A stretch of DNA of 64,000 nt from NCBI GenBank assembly GCA_028023455.1, contig JAQFVV010000003.1:7068001-7132000 (forward strand), written 5' to 3'. The stretch comes from Epiperipatus broadwayi. Taxonomy: Eukaryota > Animalia > Onychophora. The notes beneath the pieces were generated by a model. It was not told where the DNA came from, did not search any database, and saw only the letters and a list, made by a program, of their open reading frames with translations. Both the position numbers and the translations under genes were made by a program. Of this stretch, positions 23,400-36,026 are shown one piece after another (position 1 is the first letter of the stretch; every line of letters begins with the position of its first letter).

Positions 23400-24810
23400 T
23401 TCTTTTGCGAGATTGAGATTTTGGTGTGGATTGATTGCTTTTTTCAAAAATTATTATAGAATGAGTAACTCATTCAAACCAACAGGCATAATATCATTAG
23501 TCAGGGCATTTAAAAGATGATTATTTGTGTTGCAGCTGTCTCATTTAATCAGGCACAGACCTGATTCCTTAATCACAAATCTAGTATGCAAAACAATAAA
23601 GAAAATTATCAGATGCAAAAATCAGCATAGTGACACTATTTAAACTATTTAAAATTTTCTTCATTTATATCTTTTCCTCTTTCTATCACAAACTTGGGTT
23701 TTGAAATCATTGAAAGATTAGTTGCAAGCATTCATTCAAGTTCTTTTCAAATCTGTGACCTTAGCATTGGACTCAATCAGACAGGGCAGTGGATTTAAGA
23801 ACTAGTTTCTTCAATCAAAGATTAACCTATGTTCAAATGCCAGCAGTCCTCCTGAAGCAATTAACCACTTGACTTTAAAAAAAAATAGATAATTTTTTTT
23901 ATAGTCCAATGTATTATACCAATGGATTACAAACTCAAGAATAGAGTTGTTTTTTTCTGCAGTCAGGAATTTAATTAAAACTTCTGTTTTGTAGTGAACT
24001 ATTCAATTACTGAACTAACTTACATATATTGTATAAAATATGCTTTTTTACAGATTAAGAGATTTAATAAAAGATTATTTTTAAAAAAAAAAAAAGTAAG
24101 TCATATTTTAATTCCCCAGATTTTCTTTTTTAATTCCGCATTATTTCACGAAGAAATACACACACATACATAAAATACTTGAATTTGTTCTTTATTTAAA
24201 AATAAAAAGGAATGTGAATAATTTTATACCATTCGCTTCTAAATTCTAAGTAATTTCATTTACAATTTCTTTTAGCTCAATTTAACTCTGAAAATAACTC
24301 CCAACAAATGCTTTAAAGGTATTTTAAAAGAAACAAAGGATAAGTACTGAGAAATAGTCGGAAATAAGTGCATTAATGACAAATATTTTAAAATATAAAC
24401 AAAGACATAGGTCTCATGTTATAGCAATAGCATATTTGAAAGCCAGATTTATGATTTCGGTTCGAATTCAGATCAAACTAAAACCGGAAAAAAATTCAAT
24501 CAAAATTACATTGGTTTTTTTTCAGGCTTAAGAATTTTTTCATGCCTATCTCTCACCTAACACAACATCTAAAATTGATTTATAAATTGAAATCTAACAA
24601 TTTCTTAGCTTTGGAGAGTAAAACAAAAATGAAAAACCATTAAGCTCTCATCACCAAGCAATCGGTATGCCTTCATCACTGTTCCCTATGACGATTGTCG
24701 AAGAGGCCTTTATCTGCAAAAAACTTAAATATTATTTTACCTTTCATCTATAATAGAGAAGTTGAATCATTTATAAAAAGTTGTTTATATATATATAAAG
24801 ATAGATACTT

Positions 24811-24919
24811 ATATATATGTGTGTGTGTGTGTGTGTCTGTCAAAACGTTGAACGGGAATCGAATCCGGCCAGCTGCTTGGAAGGCTGCTATGCTAACCGC
24901 TATGCCACCAACCCTTGAC
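24811..24919 (-). mobile_element. tRNA-Gly(TCC)-derived mini-SINE with (CA)n/(TA) tail
   Basis: Minus strand GTCAAGGGTTGGTGGCATAGCGG...CCTTCCAAGC...TTTTGACA. TSD AAAGATAGATACTT at 24797-24810 / 24920-24933. Confidence 0.85.
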
Positions 24920-27900
24920 AAAGATAGATACTTTGATTGCTAAACTTCAAAATACTAATTTCAATATCTAATGCTAGTGCATTTTTGGATTTGTGCATTT
25001 TTCAGATTTTAAGAATAGATCTTTTATTCCTTCATTGTAAACCTAAACTCTTCTAAAATAGACAAAAAAAATAGGCAACTCACTCTAATTAGACTTATTA
25101 ACTTATAGATATTTTTAAAATGTTCACTCTCCCTCCATTAATCTTGTTTGTAAATATGAGTACAAATTAATTTATTTATTATGAAAGATTAAAAATTATC
25201 TTTAACTTTTGGATAAAGTCAGTTTTTGAATAAAATATATTATATATTAACGATACTCTACCTGTATTGATTTGAACTTATATCTGGAGTAAAGCTGGGA
25301 TATTGTTTAGTATAGTGGAGTTTTTTTTATATAAGCTATCTAAGCTTGTCAGAGTGTAACTAAAAATATTTTTAAATGGCTATTAAGGGTGTTAATAATC
25401 ACAGCTGGTGAAACTTTTAACAATGCAGCAAAAGATTAAGATTATAGAATGAAAACAAATGATGTTTAGAATTTGAAACATCTGAGAATTATGATTTACT
25501 TTTATTATTTATTTATTTAGCTAATATAATTAGCGTAATAAATATTTTTAAGTTCAATGCAATTTATTACAGTAGAATAATAACAAAATTTAAAACCTAA
25601 AGACATTTGAATCACTTCCCAAGATGAGGAAGGTAAAAAAAAAAGTTTTTATTTGATAAATGGAAAGTAATATCTTAATATGATCTCCCAAGCAACTAAT
25701 CATATAATTCTTATTAGTAGTATTATTATGGTTATATACATACATAGTTTTTAAAACTGGAAACACTCATCAATTCTATTACTTTATTCTACATCCATCT
25801 ATTACAAACTTAAGTAACCAATTAAGACTGGATAAGTAGTGTTAGATGATCTCTAAAATAGATTTTGGCTATTGTCCTTCACCAGTGAGGAACATACTGA
25901 ATGTGCACATGCATTCTATGAATACTTTGTGTTCTTTATACTATCAAAACTATTGACGTGGAATTCAAATATTCTGAAGTTTTGAATTCAAAAAACTTAT
26001 TTACATGTCTACACATATCTCACCCCAGAATAGCAACTAGAGCCATCTATATTGTAAGAGCAGAATTTTAAAATAGATTATTGTTTCTAATGTAAATATT
26101 AAATTTAAGCTTAAAAAATTATTATTACTATATGTACAGTTTTTTTCCAAAGTGCTAAATAAAATGTTATGTATTTCCAAACTTGTAAATGATAGGAAAT
26201 TCCATTAAAAACATTTGCATAGGTTGAGATGCCTAGGTAAATAAGTCATTCAAATAATTGCTAGCACTTAATCATGATCGACAAAAAAACATTCACTGCT
26301 TTTAATCCCCTCATCACATTTCATTTTATCACACTATATTTAAAATTGCATAAGCTTTAATCATATTCATGATGTGATCTCATTATTTTATATTAAGTAG
26401 TTTTAAATATTAAAGATCAAGATATACACTAAATTTTAAAATGCTAAAGTTTAAAAAATTACTTACAAAATATTTTATCCCAAAGAAAACTTTTATTATA
26501 GAATATTTAAAGAGCTTTTTGTGGGATTTACCACCAAAACATTGCATGATTTTTTTTTTGCTCATCAAATATGAAAAGCACCTGCAAATATAACATTAAT
26601 ACAGTCATTACTAAAGCATATAATTACTGTTACTGTCCTACTATCAGATCATGGATGCATACCTGTGCAAGAAAATTGATTTGAATTCAAAATTTTTAAT
26701 TTTTTTCCCCAATTTTAGAATATTAGCTTGATAGTATAAAAGAATTTAAAGATGACTGCCAAATGGTTCAAAGTTCTCATTGATGGAGATTGTAACACAT
26801 AAACTAATCTGTGAATGCAATATAATAGTGTTAACATAGTCTATTCTACTCATACTTTCAATAGATGGATGTGGAGTAAAGCTAAAAAAAATGTACCTAA
26901 AAGCAAGTGCTTGAGATATGAGATCAAACAAAAATTAAAATGATTAATTAGTTAGATAAGATTAAAAGTATTATTAGTATTGTTATTAGGTAGTCAGATA
27001 TTCATTATTATAAATGATAAAATCTCTTCATCTATTTTACTGCTTAATTTTTCACCACCAATCTTTATGAGCATCCAAAATAAGATGATTTCAAAATTGT
27101 CATTTGTGTTTCAAAGTTTAATCTTACCAATATTCACTTACTAATTTTTCTTGCTAATAATAATATTGTGAAAAGTTAGTTGCCAGTCCTGAAGTTCAAA
27201 ATACTTTTTTTTATCCTTTCTTTTTATTGTTCAATTGAAAAATAATATTACATCAATTGTCAAAACAACTATTATATAGAAAAAATTAAGAGAACAGATC
27301 AGACATTCTTAGAAAAGTATTTAGTTCATATGACTTAATGAAGGTAAAATGATGAAGAAGGAACAAAATAAATGATTTTAAGGAGGCATAGCTATAAGCA
27401 TATTAAGAACAAAATATAAGATACAGGGTAATAAAATGTTACCTAACATAGTTGGTTAATCAAGTCATTTCACAAGTGTGTAAATGAATAATTAAAAATT
27501 CACCCATATAAATGCATAGATAAAACCACTAGATAGTATTTCATCCTAGAACAGGAAAATCAACTGATTTTAGACAAAATACTGAATGGTGAAAAGATAA
27601 TTACTGTTTTTCTCTATGCATTCATGTGATTGATTAGCTATTTATTTATTTAAATGTTTATATGTGGTTTGGCATGCATATTGGATATATTGTTTATGTC
27701 TGAGTGTGTGTTTAATAAAAGAAGTTATCTGAAAAATTAAAAAATGTTTGTGAGTTATGGATTCTCACTTTTAGAAAAATTAGTGATAAAGGTATAAATA
27801 TTTGTGGGAAAATTGTTGTAAACATATATATGTGAATTTGGTTGGGTTATGTAAATTGTAGAAAACAGAAGTAGTAATACAAAAAAGCATTATGAGTAAG

Positions 27901-29022
27901 TGGTAATACTTATTTATGAGCAGTGGTAGTTTTCCATTACTTGCAATGAAACACATTGAATTCCATAAGTGAAGGTAAATGGAAACCAAATAATAAGTTT
28001 TTCATTGTTTGTCATGTCTTTATTATACATAATTTATATAAGTGTGTATGCACATAGAAATAAATTATTACACTTTGATTTACAAATATCAATGTTTCTG
28101 TGATGAGTGCTGGTCCAGAGAAAAATATGTATCTTGGAAGTCATTTATCATATTAATGTATCTCTATTCATATGTCTCCAAGAATGTGGAGTGGACTGGA
28201 GGTTTTAAGTATACTTTTAAAAATACAAATAATTTCTAAGTAATATATATATATATATATTGAGATGGTGATGTTTCTCATGGCATACAACAACATTCTA
28301 GTATGTGTGCACATATATGCATAAAGCTGAAAGTAAAAATAGAAATAAACACAAACAACTTTTTTTGTAGATAATTTTTATATTACACTGGAATAAGAGT
28401 TGAGGATTAAATAATAATTTTTAAATGTAAAAATTATTATAAATTGTAGGTTTTAATCAAACAGTCAAAAAGGTCTAATGTTTTATTAATTCTAATTTTG
28501 AAATTAAAACAAGCATTTTTTATGTTACAATAAATACACTAGTAATTATAAAATTTCACTATCTATTTTAATTGGATTAAAAAATTTAATTAAAACTTGT
28601 ATAACATATTTTGATAAAATCCTACAAAATTGTTTTGGAAAGGTTTAAGATGAATTGGAAAGAGTCACTAACTTTTTCCAATCAAGATAAAGAAAACTTA
28701 CTTTTAATTACTGTTTTTTTAAATTCCACCCTGTCTATAAAAAGATTGGAAAAAGATTAGATAATAAATTATGATAGCATGATTATTATAAAGTTATAAC
28801 TGAAGGCAAAAGACAGGATATCCAGCTGCTGCTGATAATATAATGATGGAGGAGTTTTAATTCACATGGAGGCCATAACCAGATTTTCTGTGGTTCATTA
28901 GCCTGTATATAATATATACTAGCTGGCATACCTGAAGAATATCAAATTCTAAACTAAATAGAGCTGACCGTATGTATGTCACCAGTTATTGGATTATACC
29001 TTTCCCAAATATAATAATAAGA

Positions 29023-29518
29023 CAGGGGTGGGCATTTGTTTTGGCTCAGGGGCTGCATAGGTTGGTGGAGGGCCACATTGGGGACCACTTTGTAGAAGCA
29101 AAGGTTAGCGGAGCACCACACCTTTTTTTCATGACACAATAAACATATTGCTTTATTCCTTGTATTACAAAAGAAATATTTGTTTGTCCATTCTTCATTA
29201 AACACATGACATTCATGATCAATTTTACATTTTTTCAGAGGGTTCATGGTTTCACTAAAGTTGGAAATGTAAATATTTGCTAATGCAAAGATAAAATTAA
29301 AATTAACCAGATCAACTGGAAAATCACTGCACATCGTATCTACACTGTGCATGTGTAATGATGTGGTCATCCTAGTGGAAAATAAAAGATGAATATTTGA
29401 TCATGCAACAGAAAGAAAATCTCAGTCCAAGGTGGATTTTTCTGATTGTCTTGGTGGATTGCACAAAAACTCTTAGCGGGCTGCATGTGGCCCTCAAGTC
29501 GCTATTTGTCCACCCCTG
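29023..29518. mobile_element. Non-autonomous hAT element (496 bp) with a transposase N-terminal fragment on the minus strand
   Basis: TIRs CAGGGGTGGGCA / TGTCCACCCCTG and 8-bp TSD TAATAAGA (29015-29022 / 29519-29526). Peptide MNPLKKCKIDHECHVFNEEWTNKYFF...AICLLC. Confidence 0.92.
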
Positions 29519-31480
29519 TAATAAGACAATCTACTGTTTTAGAAGGAACCAGCTTACCAAGAGAGTCCATCAGCTTGCTGAAGAAGTAGTTCATATTTAT
29601 ATTGTTTAATCTATATGCAAAAAAGCACAGATAAAGATATGGCATCAAATGTATATAAAGTACAACGGGCGAGTAGAATGTTCTACATATTGAAAACAAT
29701 ATTTTAAATAATTTCTTAAAAATGACACTTAAAATTTTTAAATTACAAATTTTTTTAAGGTAAATAAATTTAGTCAACTAAAAATAAAATTAGAATAATG
29801 AAAGAAAATAATAAATGACCATTTCCACTTTTATTTATTAAAAGGAAACTCAGAAACTTTCTTTACTGAAAATAATAATTTTATTTTGAAATTTTTAAAA
29901 AAAAGGAAACTCCAAAAATCTTTTTAGACTGGAAAACAAAAAAACTTGCTAGAATATTTTTAAAGACATTTATAATTAATCAAGAATAACCTAAAAAAAG
30001 AGAGAGAAGAAAAACTTTTATGAAGGATGTCAAAGTAATATTTTCTTTTTGTAAAGAAAAAACTTTTATATCTTAATAATAATGAGCCAATAACTTAGAT
30101 TAGTAAAAAGATAATACATACACACACGTGTGTAAATTTTATGTATATTTTCAACATGGAATTGTGTCTTGTAAAAATATATGGTTTAATAAGTTTATTT
30201 TTTAACTAATGAAATATCAGTGCATGCACACATTTCCATGGGTACCCACATATATATATAAAAACAGTCATTATTTATGTATCATTAAAATGTGATAGCT
30301 TATTTTTTTATTATTATATGACAACTTCCATATGTTACAGCATGTCTGCGCTTTTACAGATGAATGTCATATAGACACACATATATATTAAAATCAACCA
30401 TACTTTATAAATTATTAAAATGAATTGTCTTTTATAAGTTTTATGACAATTCAAACATGTTAATTTTTAAATTATTATTCAGCACATCTGAGTGCTTATA
30501 TATAGGTATGTTTTATGTAAACCTATTGAGATATTTATAAGTCACAATGTGATAGCTTATTTCTTTTTGGTATTAATCAAAATCAGAATGCCAAATTCAT
30601 ATTTATAGCATGTTAAGCATATATTAATTTCATATTATTGTTTCTAATTAATGAATTTATATTTCCTTGTTTAAATTATTCTGGTGAACTTATTCAATCC
30701 TAAATATGTTTGTATTATATCTCTTGCTCACGGTAACAGTTTTAGAGTTTTTGCAAACTGAGATGGATTCATCCATAATGGTATGTTATATAAAAGTTTA
30801 TATTTAGAGTTTTTGGACATGCAGTTGATGATGTTCTCATTACTCCTCTAATACTAGATTGGCACAAAAGAATATCCTTTAAAGTCCATGCACTACATTT
30901 CATTTTATTTATTTGTTTAGAAATTAAGTTTATAGTTGGCCAGTACACTAATAGTAATACATGGCCAGAGCATTGATGATGATCAGCATGTTTCTGTATC
31001 ATAGCATTAGTGATTTTTTTATATTCTGATGGATTAGCACTTTTAAATATGTGCATCCAAATTATTATGTTCTATTGTTGCACTAATTTTACAAGGGTCA
31101 AATAATTAGCCTGGTCTATAGTAGATCTATTTCAAATTCAGTCACAAGTTTTTGTTATTGATCATTAAATAATTATTATTTTTGTGTAATGCTGATGAAT
31201 TTATAGTCTTTTTTCTGATCTCTCATGCTCTGGCTCATTTCTCATATTCGTCATTATTCATTATATATTTTGTATATTTAAATTTGAGTCTTTAACTAAG
31301 TTGTGATGATGATGATTTTCCATCACCTCAGCTGTATCCCAAAATTTTGTGCCATCACAATATATATATGTAGTAAGGGAAATAACCCCCATGCCTTCTT
31401 CCAAACTAGATCTTTAATATCTGTAGCACAATATTCCTAGTAGATCTTTTTTTTAAGTTCCTTTATTTTAACAAAGCAAA

Positions 31481-31562
31481 GCAAAACTCCATATAGTAGT
31501 GCCACCTGTGCTAAACAGAGTAATCAATTATGTGCTAGTATTGGAGATGTGATCATGTGATG
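31481..31562 (-). mobile_element. Family-1 element derivative lacking the hammerhead
   Basis: Contains the family-1 3' end (GGCACTACTATATGGAGTTTTGC) and 5' motif (CATCACATGATCAC) with about 20 nt between them; the spacer resembles 4916-4935. Confidence 0.7.
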
Positions 31563-31674
31563 CTTGCTGGTTCCCTTTATTTTAAAAACAGAAACATGAA
31601 AAGATAAACTTTAAGTTTATATAGCTAACTGGTTATCACATGTAAATCACATGATGTCAGCTAATATTTAAAAT

Positions 31675-31797
31675 AAATCAATAGATTATCATCAATCTAT
31701 TATCAAGATAACATTTAGATAATAAATGGAAATAATTTTCATTTCCATTTATTATCTGAGTATTGCCTTGTCAACAGATTGATATTCCATTGATTTA
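31675..31797. repeat. Small foldback / MITE-like inverted repeat
   Basis: Perfect 17-bp stem 31717-31733 / 31741-31757, with a degenerate extension outward. Confidence 0.7.
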
Positions 31798-32959
31798 CTT
31801 TAAACACTTAGCTAGTGTTATATGATATATAAATATAGAAGGATGAGTAAAGTAATAGAAAATTCCTACCATTTTCGCACTAATTTATTGCTATCACATA
31901 TCACAAAAATGGAAATCCATACTAATATGACTGAAATGGAGTTAATAATAGTAAGTTTACAAGTAAAAATTTCTGACATGAGTGTAGCTGCCAAATTGTA
32001 AGTTTTCAGTTACTTATGGGACTATTATTCAAAACTACAAAACTATATCATTTTTCAAGAATACAATCTCAGGCATGCTATAATTTTACTCATAATTTAC
32101 AGTTGTAATTGGAAACGTAAGATCTCAAGCTTTTCTATTCTTTTAATTTTTGACTGAGGTTATAGTTATCTTTAAATCATATTGCAATAAAGTTTGTCTC
32201 CGAGCAATAAATAAGTTTTTAATATCTGATTAATTTTAATATATACTGAGTTAAAACAAAAGTTCTCAAGATATTAATACAAAAACATTTTCTTATACAA
32301 CTTGTGACATTTAGTGTCATATCAATGACAAAAATATGGTTAATGAATAAACAGATAAGCAATAAAGACAAATTGGTAAGCATGTTCATGGCAAAAATTT
32401 GCATCATATTCAAATAATGTTTCCATTTTTCAGTCAATACATTGACACACATCTAACAAACTCACATTATATTATAAATTTTAAATTCTAGGCAATAATA
32501 GCTAAATGCCAATTATTGAACCACACTGTGGCTAGATATTTGGCTATAGGTTACTGCTTGGGGAAGGTGGGATTCTAAATTAGGCTTGTGATTTTAAATG
32601 TTTGCAAAGTTCACTAGATTGTGGTTATTGCAGGTCAATATGGCAGCCATTACACTATAACTTGTAATTGTTAGAAGAATGTAAAAAATATATAGATTCA
32701 AACAATGTAATCTGCCATAAAATATTAATATCAAATGTTTAAACACTCATATTAAACTGCTTTTCAGTAATGGAAATCCTATTACATGCAAAAACTTTAC
32801 CTACAGTTATTCATGCATGCTATTCCACATTGTTTTACAACAATTAGTTTTTACTATTTGTGTATAACAACTACCAGATGAATTGCCAAAATTTAAATAA
32901 GTGTTACTCCTTTAAAAATAAATAATGGAATGGATTTTATTTTTGGGAATACCCAAGAA

Positions 32960-33048
32960 GTCTGAGTGTCAGAAATAACAGAGATGGGTGCAAATCCATG
33001 GACCTTCAGTTCCAGAGTTGGCTACTTTACAACTGCACCGAATCATGC
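32960..33048 (-). mobile_element. Degenerate tRNA-derived repeat
   Basis: Minus strand GGTGCAGTTGTAAAGTAGCCAACTCTGGAACTGAAGGTCCATGGATTTGCACCC shows A-box and B-box-like spacing. Confidence 0.3.
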
Positions 33049-33307
33049 AAGATATTATCAATTGATCCTATACTTTCTATGTAATTTTGGTTACAGTTTT
33101 CTGTTATATTAATATTTTTCTAGAAAATTATCAGTTTTTGATATTTCATACTTCTGAATACAAAATTTTGGTCTAAAGTGAAGAATATCAAAGCAAAGAC
33201 TGATAATGAATGATAAATAAGTATTTGATCCTAGATTTTTCAAGTACAAACACAAAACATAATCTAATATTTGTAAATGAGGCATTTATTTATATAGCGC
33301 TATGTTT

Positions 33308-33769
33308 ATTAATTGTAATAAACTAAAAATTAGCTTTTCAAGCTAATGTACATGCGCTTTTTACGAATGTTAATAATAATAAATGAATACTTTCATTTCC
33401 AACACAAGATAAAGTCTTTGCGAATGAATAAATAAATCCACTTATTCATTCAACCCAAATGCTTATATATGGGCAAATCTTAAGTACTGGATATGAAAGT
33501 GTGAGGATAATTTCGTTGACGTCATTCATTCTGACATAGTAAACAGTAATTTAAAGTGATTGATTTATCCTCATGCTTTCATATCCAGTACTTAAGATTT
33601 GCCCTTATATAAGCATTTGTGTTGAATAAATAAGTGGATTCATTTATTCATTCACAAAGACTTTATCTTGTGTTGGAAATGAAAGTATTCATTTATTATT
33701 ATTAACATTCGTAAAAAGCACATGTACGTTAGCTTGAAAGGCTAATCTTTAGTTTATTATAATCTAATA
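33308..33769. repeat. Foldback element: ~205 bp inverted arms with a 47 bp spacer
   Basis: 33308-33514 is reverse-complementary (over 90% by eye) to 33562-33769. Confidence 0.92.
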
Positions 33770-34997
33770 TTGCAAAAATTAAAAAGTATGGTAATATTAA
33801 TTATTAATATATTCACATTTAAATTATTTCATTTTTTCTTTCAGCTTGTAGACATCATATGTTATATAATAATTGGCTAAAGTTACTGATTAACACACAA
33901 CTTAAACAATTTTTTTTTCAACTCTATTTTCTCACACCCACTATTTATATCAAAATTTTTGATGTGATTCTTTCTCCTGTTGGAAATTCTTGAATTAAAA
34001 TATAATAGTAATATTTTAAAATATATGTCATCTGAGGTTTTATGGACATGTTATTAAGAATATGTAATTTTTCTAAACAGAAATAGGCATATTCAAAAAT
34101 ATATTTAGATACAGGTTAGTTTTAAAAATTTGTATTCATTGTAAACTGCTTGTATTCTATATGGGATAGAATTACTTAATATTTAAACATTGAATGAATA
34201 TTAAGCCATTATTAAAAAACAAAAGTTCTAGATACATGGAGAATACTAATATGTCTCATACTTTGTTTAATAATGTTCTATATACACCATTGACAAAATT
34301 ACATTTTTCAAATCATTACTTGAATACATGATCTGTGTAAGCTGGAACATCTTGGAAAATGATATTATCTGGAAAAAAAATTTAAACCATGAAATAAACA
34401 TTGATACACTTGAATATTCAAATTTGAATATTTATTCAAATTAGACAATAACTTAAAAAACACATTAATTATATGAACCAATAACTGCCAGTGTGCTTAA
34501 ATCAAAGTGATGTAGAAAGTTACAAACTAATAATTGCTTTATTTAAGATACACCCATACATAAGCTATAATTATGTGATTTAGTGTTAAACTTTGCAATA
34601 ATGGTTAGAGTTGGCAATGGAAACTGTGTGGGAATTTGGTTATAATACTACAAACTAATATGAAATGACTATTCAAGCTTATAATAGTTTACATATCATC
34701 TTAAAAAAACATATCACCTATGCAAGCTGATATGTGCATGTATATTTAAGTCAAGGAAAAGTAGTAAGTTACAAACTACTAAGAAATTGTTTTATTTAGA
34801 ATATATATATAATTAGAAATGGAAGTAACTGTAACTTCATGTAATCTGAGTTATAATTATTTATTACTTAAATATATATAAATGTAAAATCAGATATAAT
34901 AAATAAAAACATCTGGAATAAACTCTACAATACCAATAGATCAAATAAATAAACAATATCTATAGCCTTATGGCATGCTACTAAGGATAGTGTATAT

Positions 34998-35331
34998 CAG
35001 GGGTCCCCAACCTTTTTGCACTTAAGAGCACATTCTATAATACCGGCCAGGTGATGGGCACCATTTATTTTTTCAATGTAAATTTATAGTTGGATATAGT
35101 TAATAATACACATAATGTACAAAAAAATATCTATTTCAAAAATAAAATTTTAACATATAATTAATGTTTATATTTTTACGCTGTAAAAATATAGTATGCC
35201 CTACAATTTGATTACAATATAATACAATAATTAATAAGAAATTTTAAAAATTAAATTTATTTGTATCAGATAAATAATTTTTTATCATGTTCAGATAGCG
35301 ACGGGCACACGTAAAGTGGTCTGCGGACACT
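34998..35331. mobile_element. hAT MITE, one end truncated
   Basis: Starts CAGGGGTCCCCAACCTTTTT. Subterminal GGGCAC motifs at both ends; no matching right TIR or TSD found. Confidence 0.6.
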
Positions 35332-35911
35332 GGCTATAGCTATTATTTATTTATTTCATCTATTGGTATTTTAAATATTGTAGACATTTTTCCAGAGTTT
35401 GTTGTTTATATATACATATGTTTACGCGTGTGTGTAAAAAAAAAAAAACTATAATTTATCATTTAGAGACAACACTGACATTTTAAATTTAAAAACAAAA
35501 CGTTGCTGTATCATACACTTTACATACATTAATTTTATTTTATTGCTTATTATCTACAGTAAAATGAAAGAACTATTGAATTGACCGAAAAAAATTTTAA
35601 CAAAGATAAACAATGTTTGAATAGACCCTTCAAGGATTAATAGTTTTGGCAAATAATTGTTTGTTTTTTATTTGGAATCATTAACTCAATAACCTAAAGT
35701 GTAATCACTGAATTAATTATTCAAAGTTATGCTAATTTTCTATTAATATCATAGCTTAATATGCAGATCACATGACATATTGTTTATTGATGTAACTTTT
35801 TTTTTTAAATTGCAACACATGCAGTAAACACGTGTAGCTAAATGATTTGCTTTCCCCTCCACTTTTATACATATAAGAGTTCGCTTTTTCCGTGAACAAA
35901 ATGTTACTCCT

Positions 35912-36026
35912 GTCAAGCGTTGTTAGCCGAGAAGTCATTGCAGCCGCCTTTCAAGCACGTAATTGTTTGCAGACGGTTGTGGGTTCGCCTCCTGGCCGAT
36001 GCTATGATATATGAAATATATATATA
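35912..36026 (+). mobile_element. tRNA-Gly-derived mini-SINE, subfamily with an expanded variable region
   Basis: GTCAAGCGTTG...GCCGCCTTTCAAGC...GTGGGTTCGCCTCC...ATGCTATGATATATG. TSD TTACTCCT at 35904-35911 / 36027-36034. Confidence 0.75.

Noticed and set aside
33318-33365. Hammerhead relic in the 33.3-kb foldback arm (CTAAAGA-TTAGC/GCTAA-CGTACATG)
   Set aside because: Needs several core changes, has weak stem I, and its orientation is opposite to the other PLE-type pairs.
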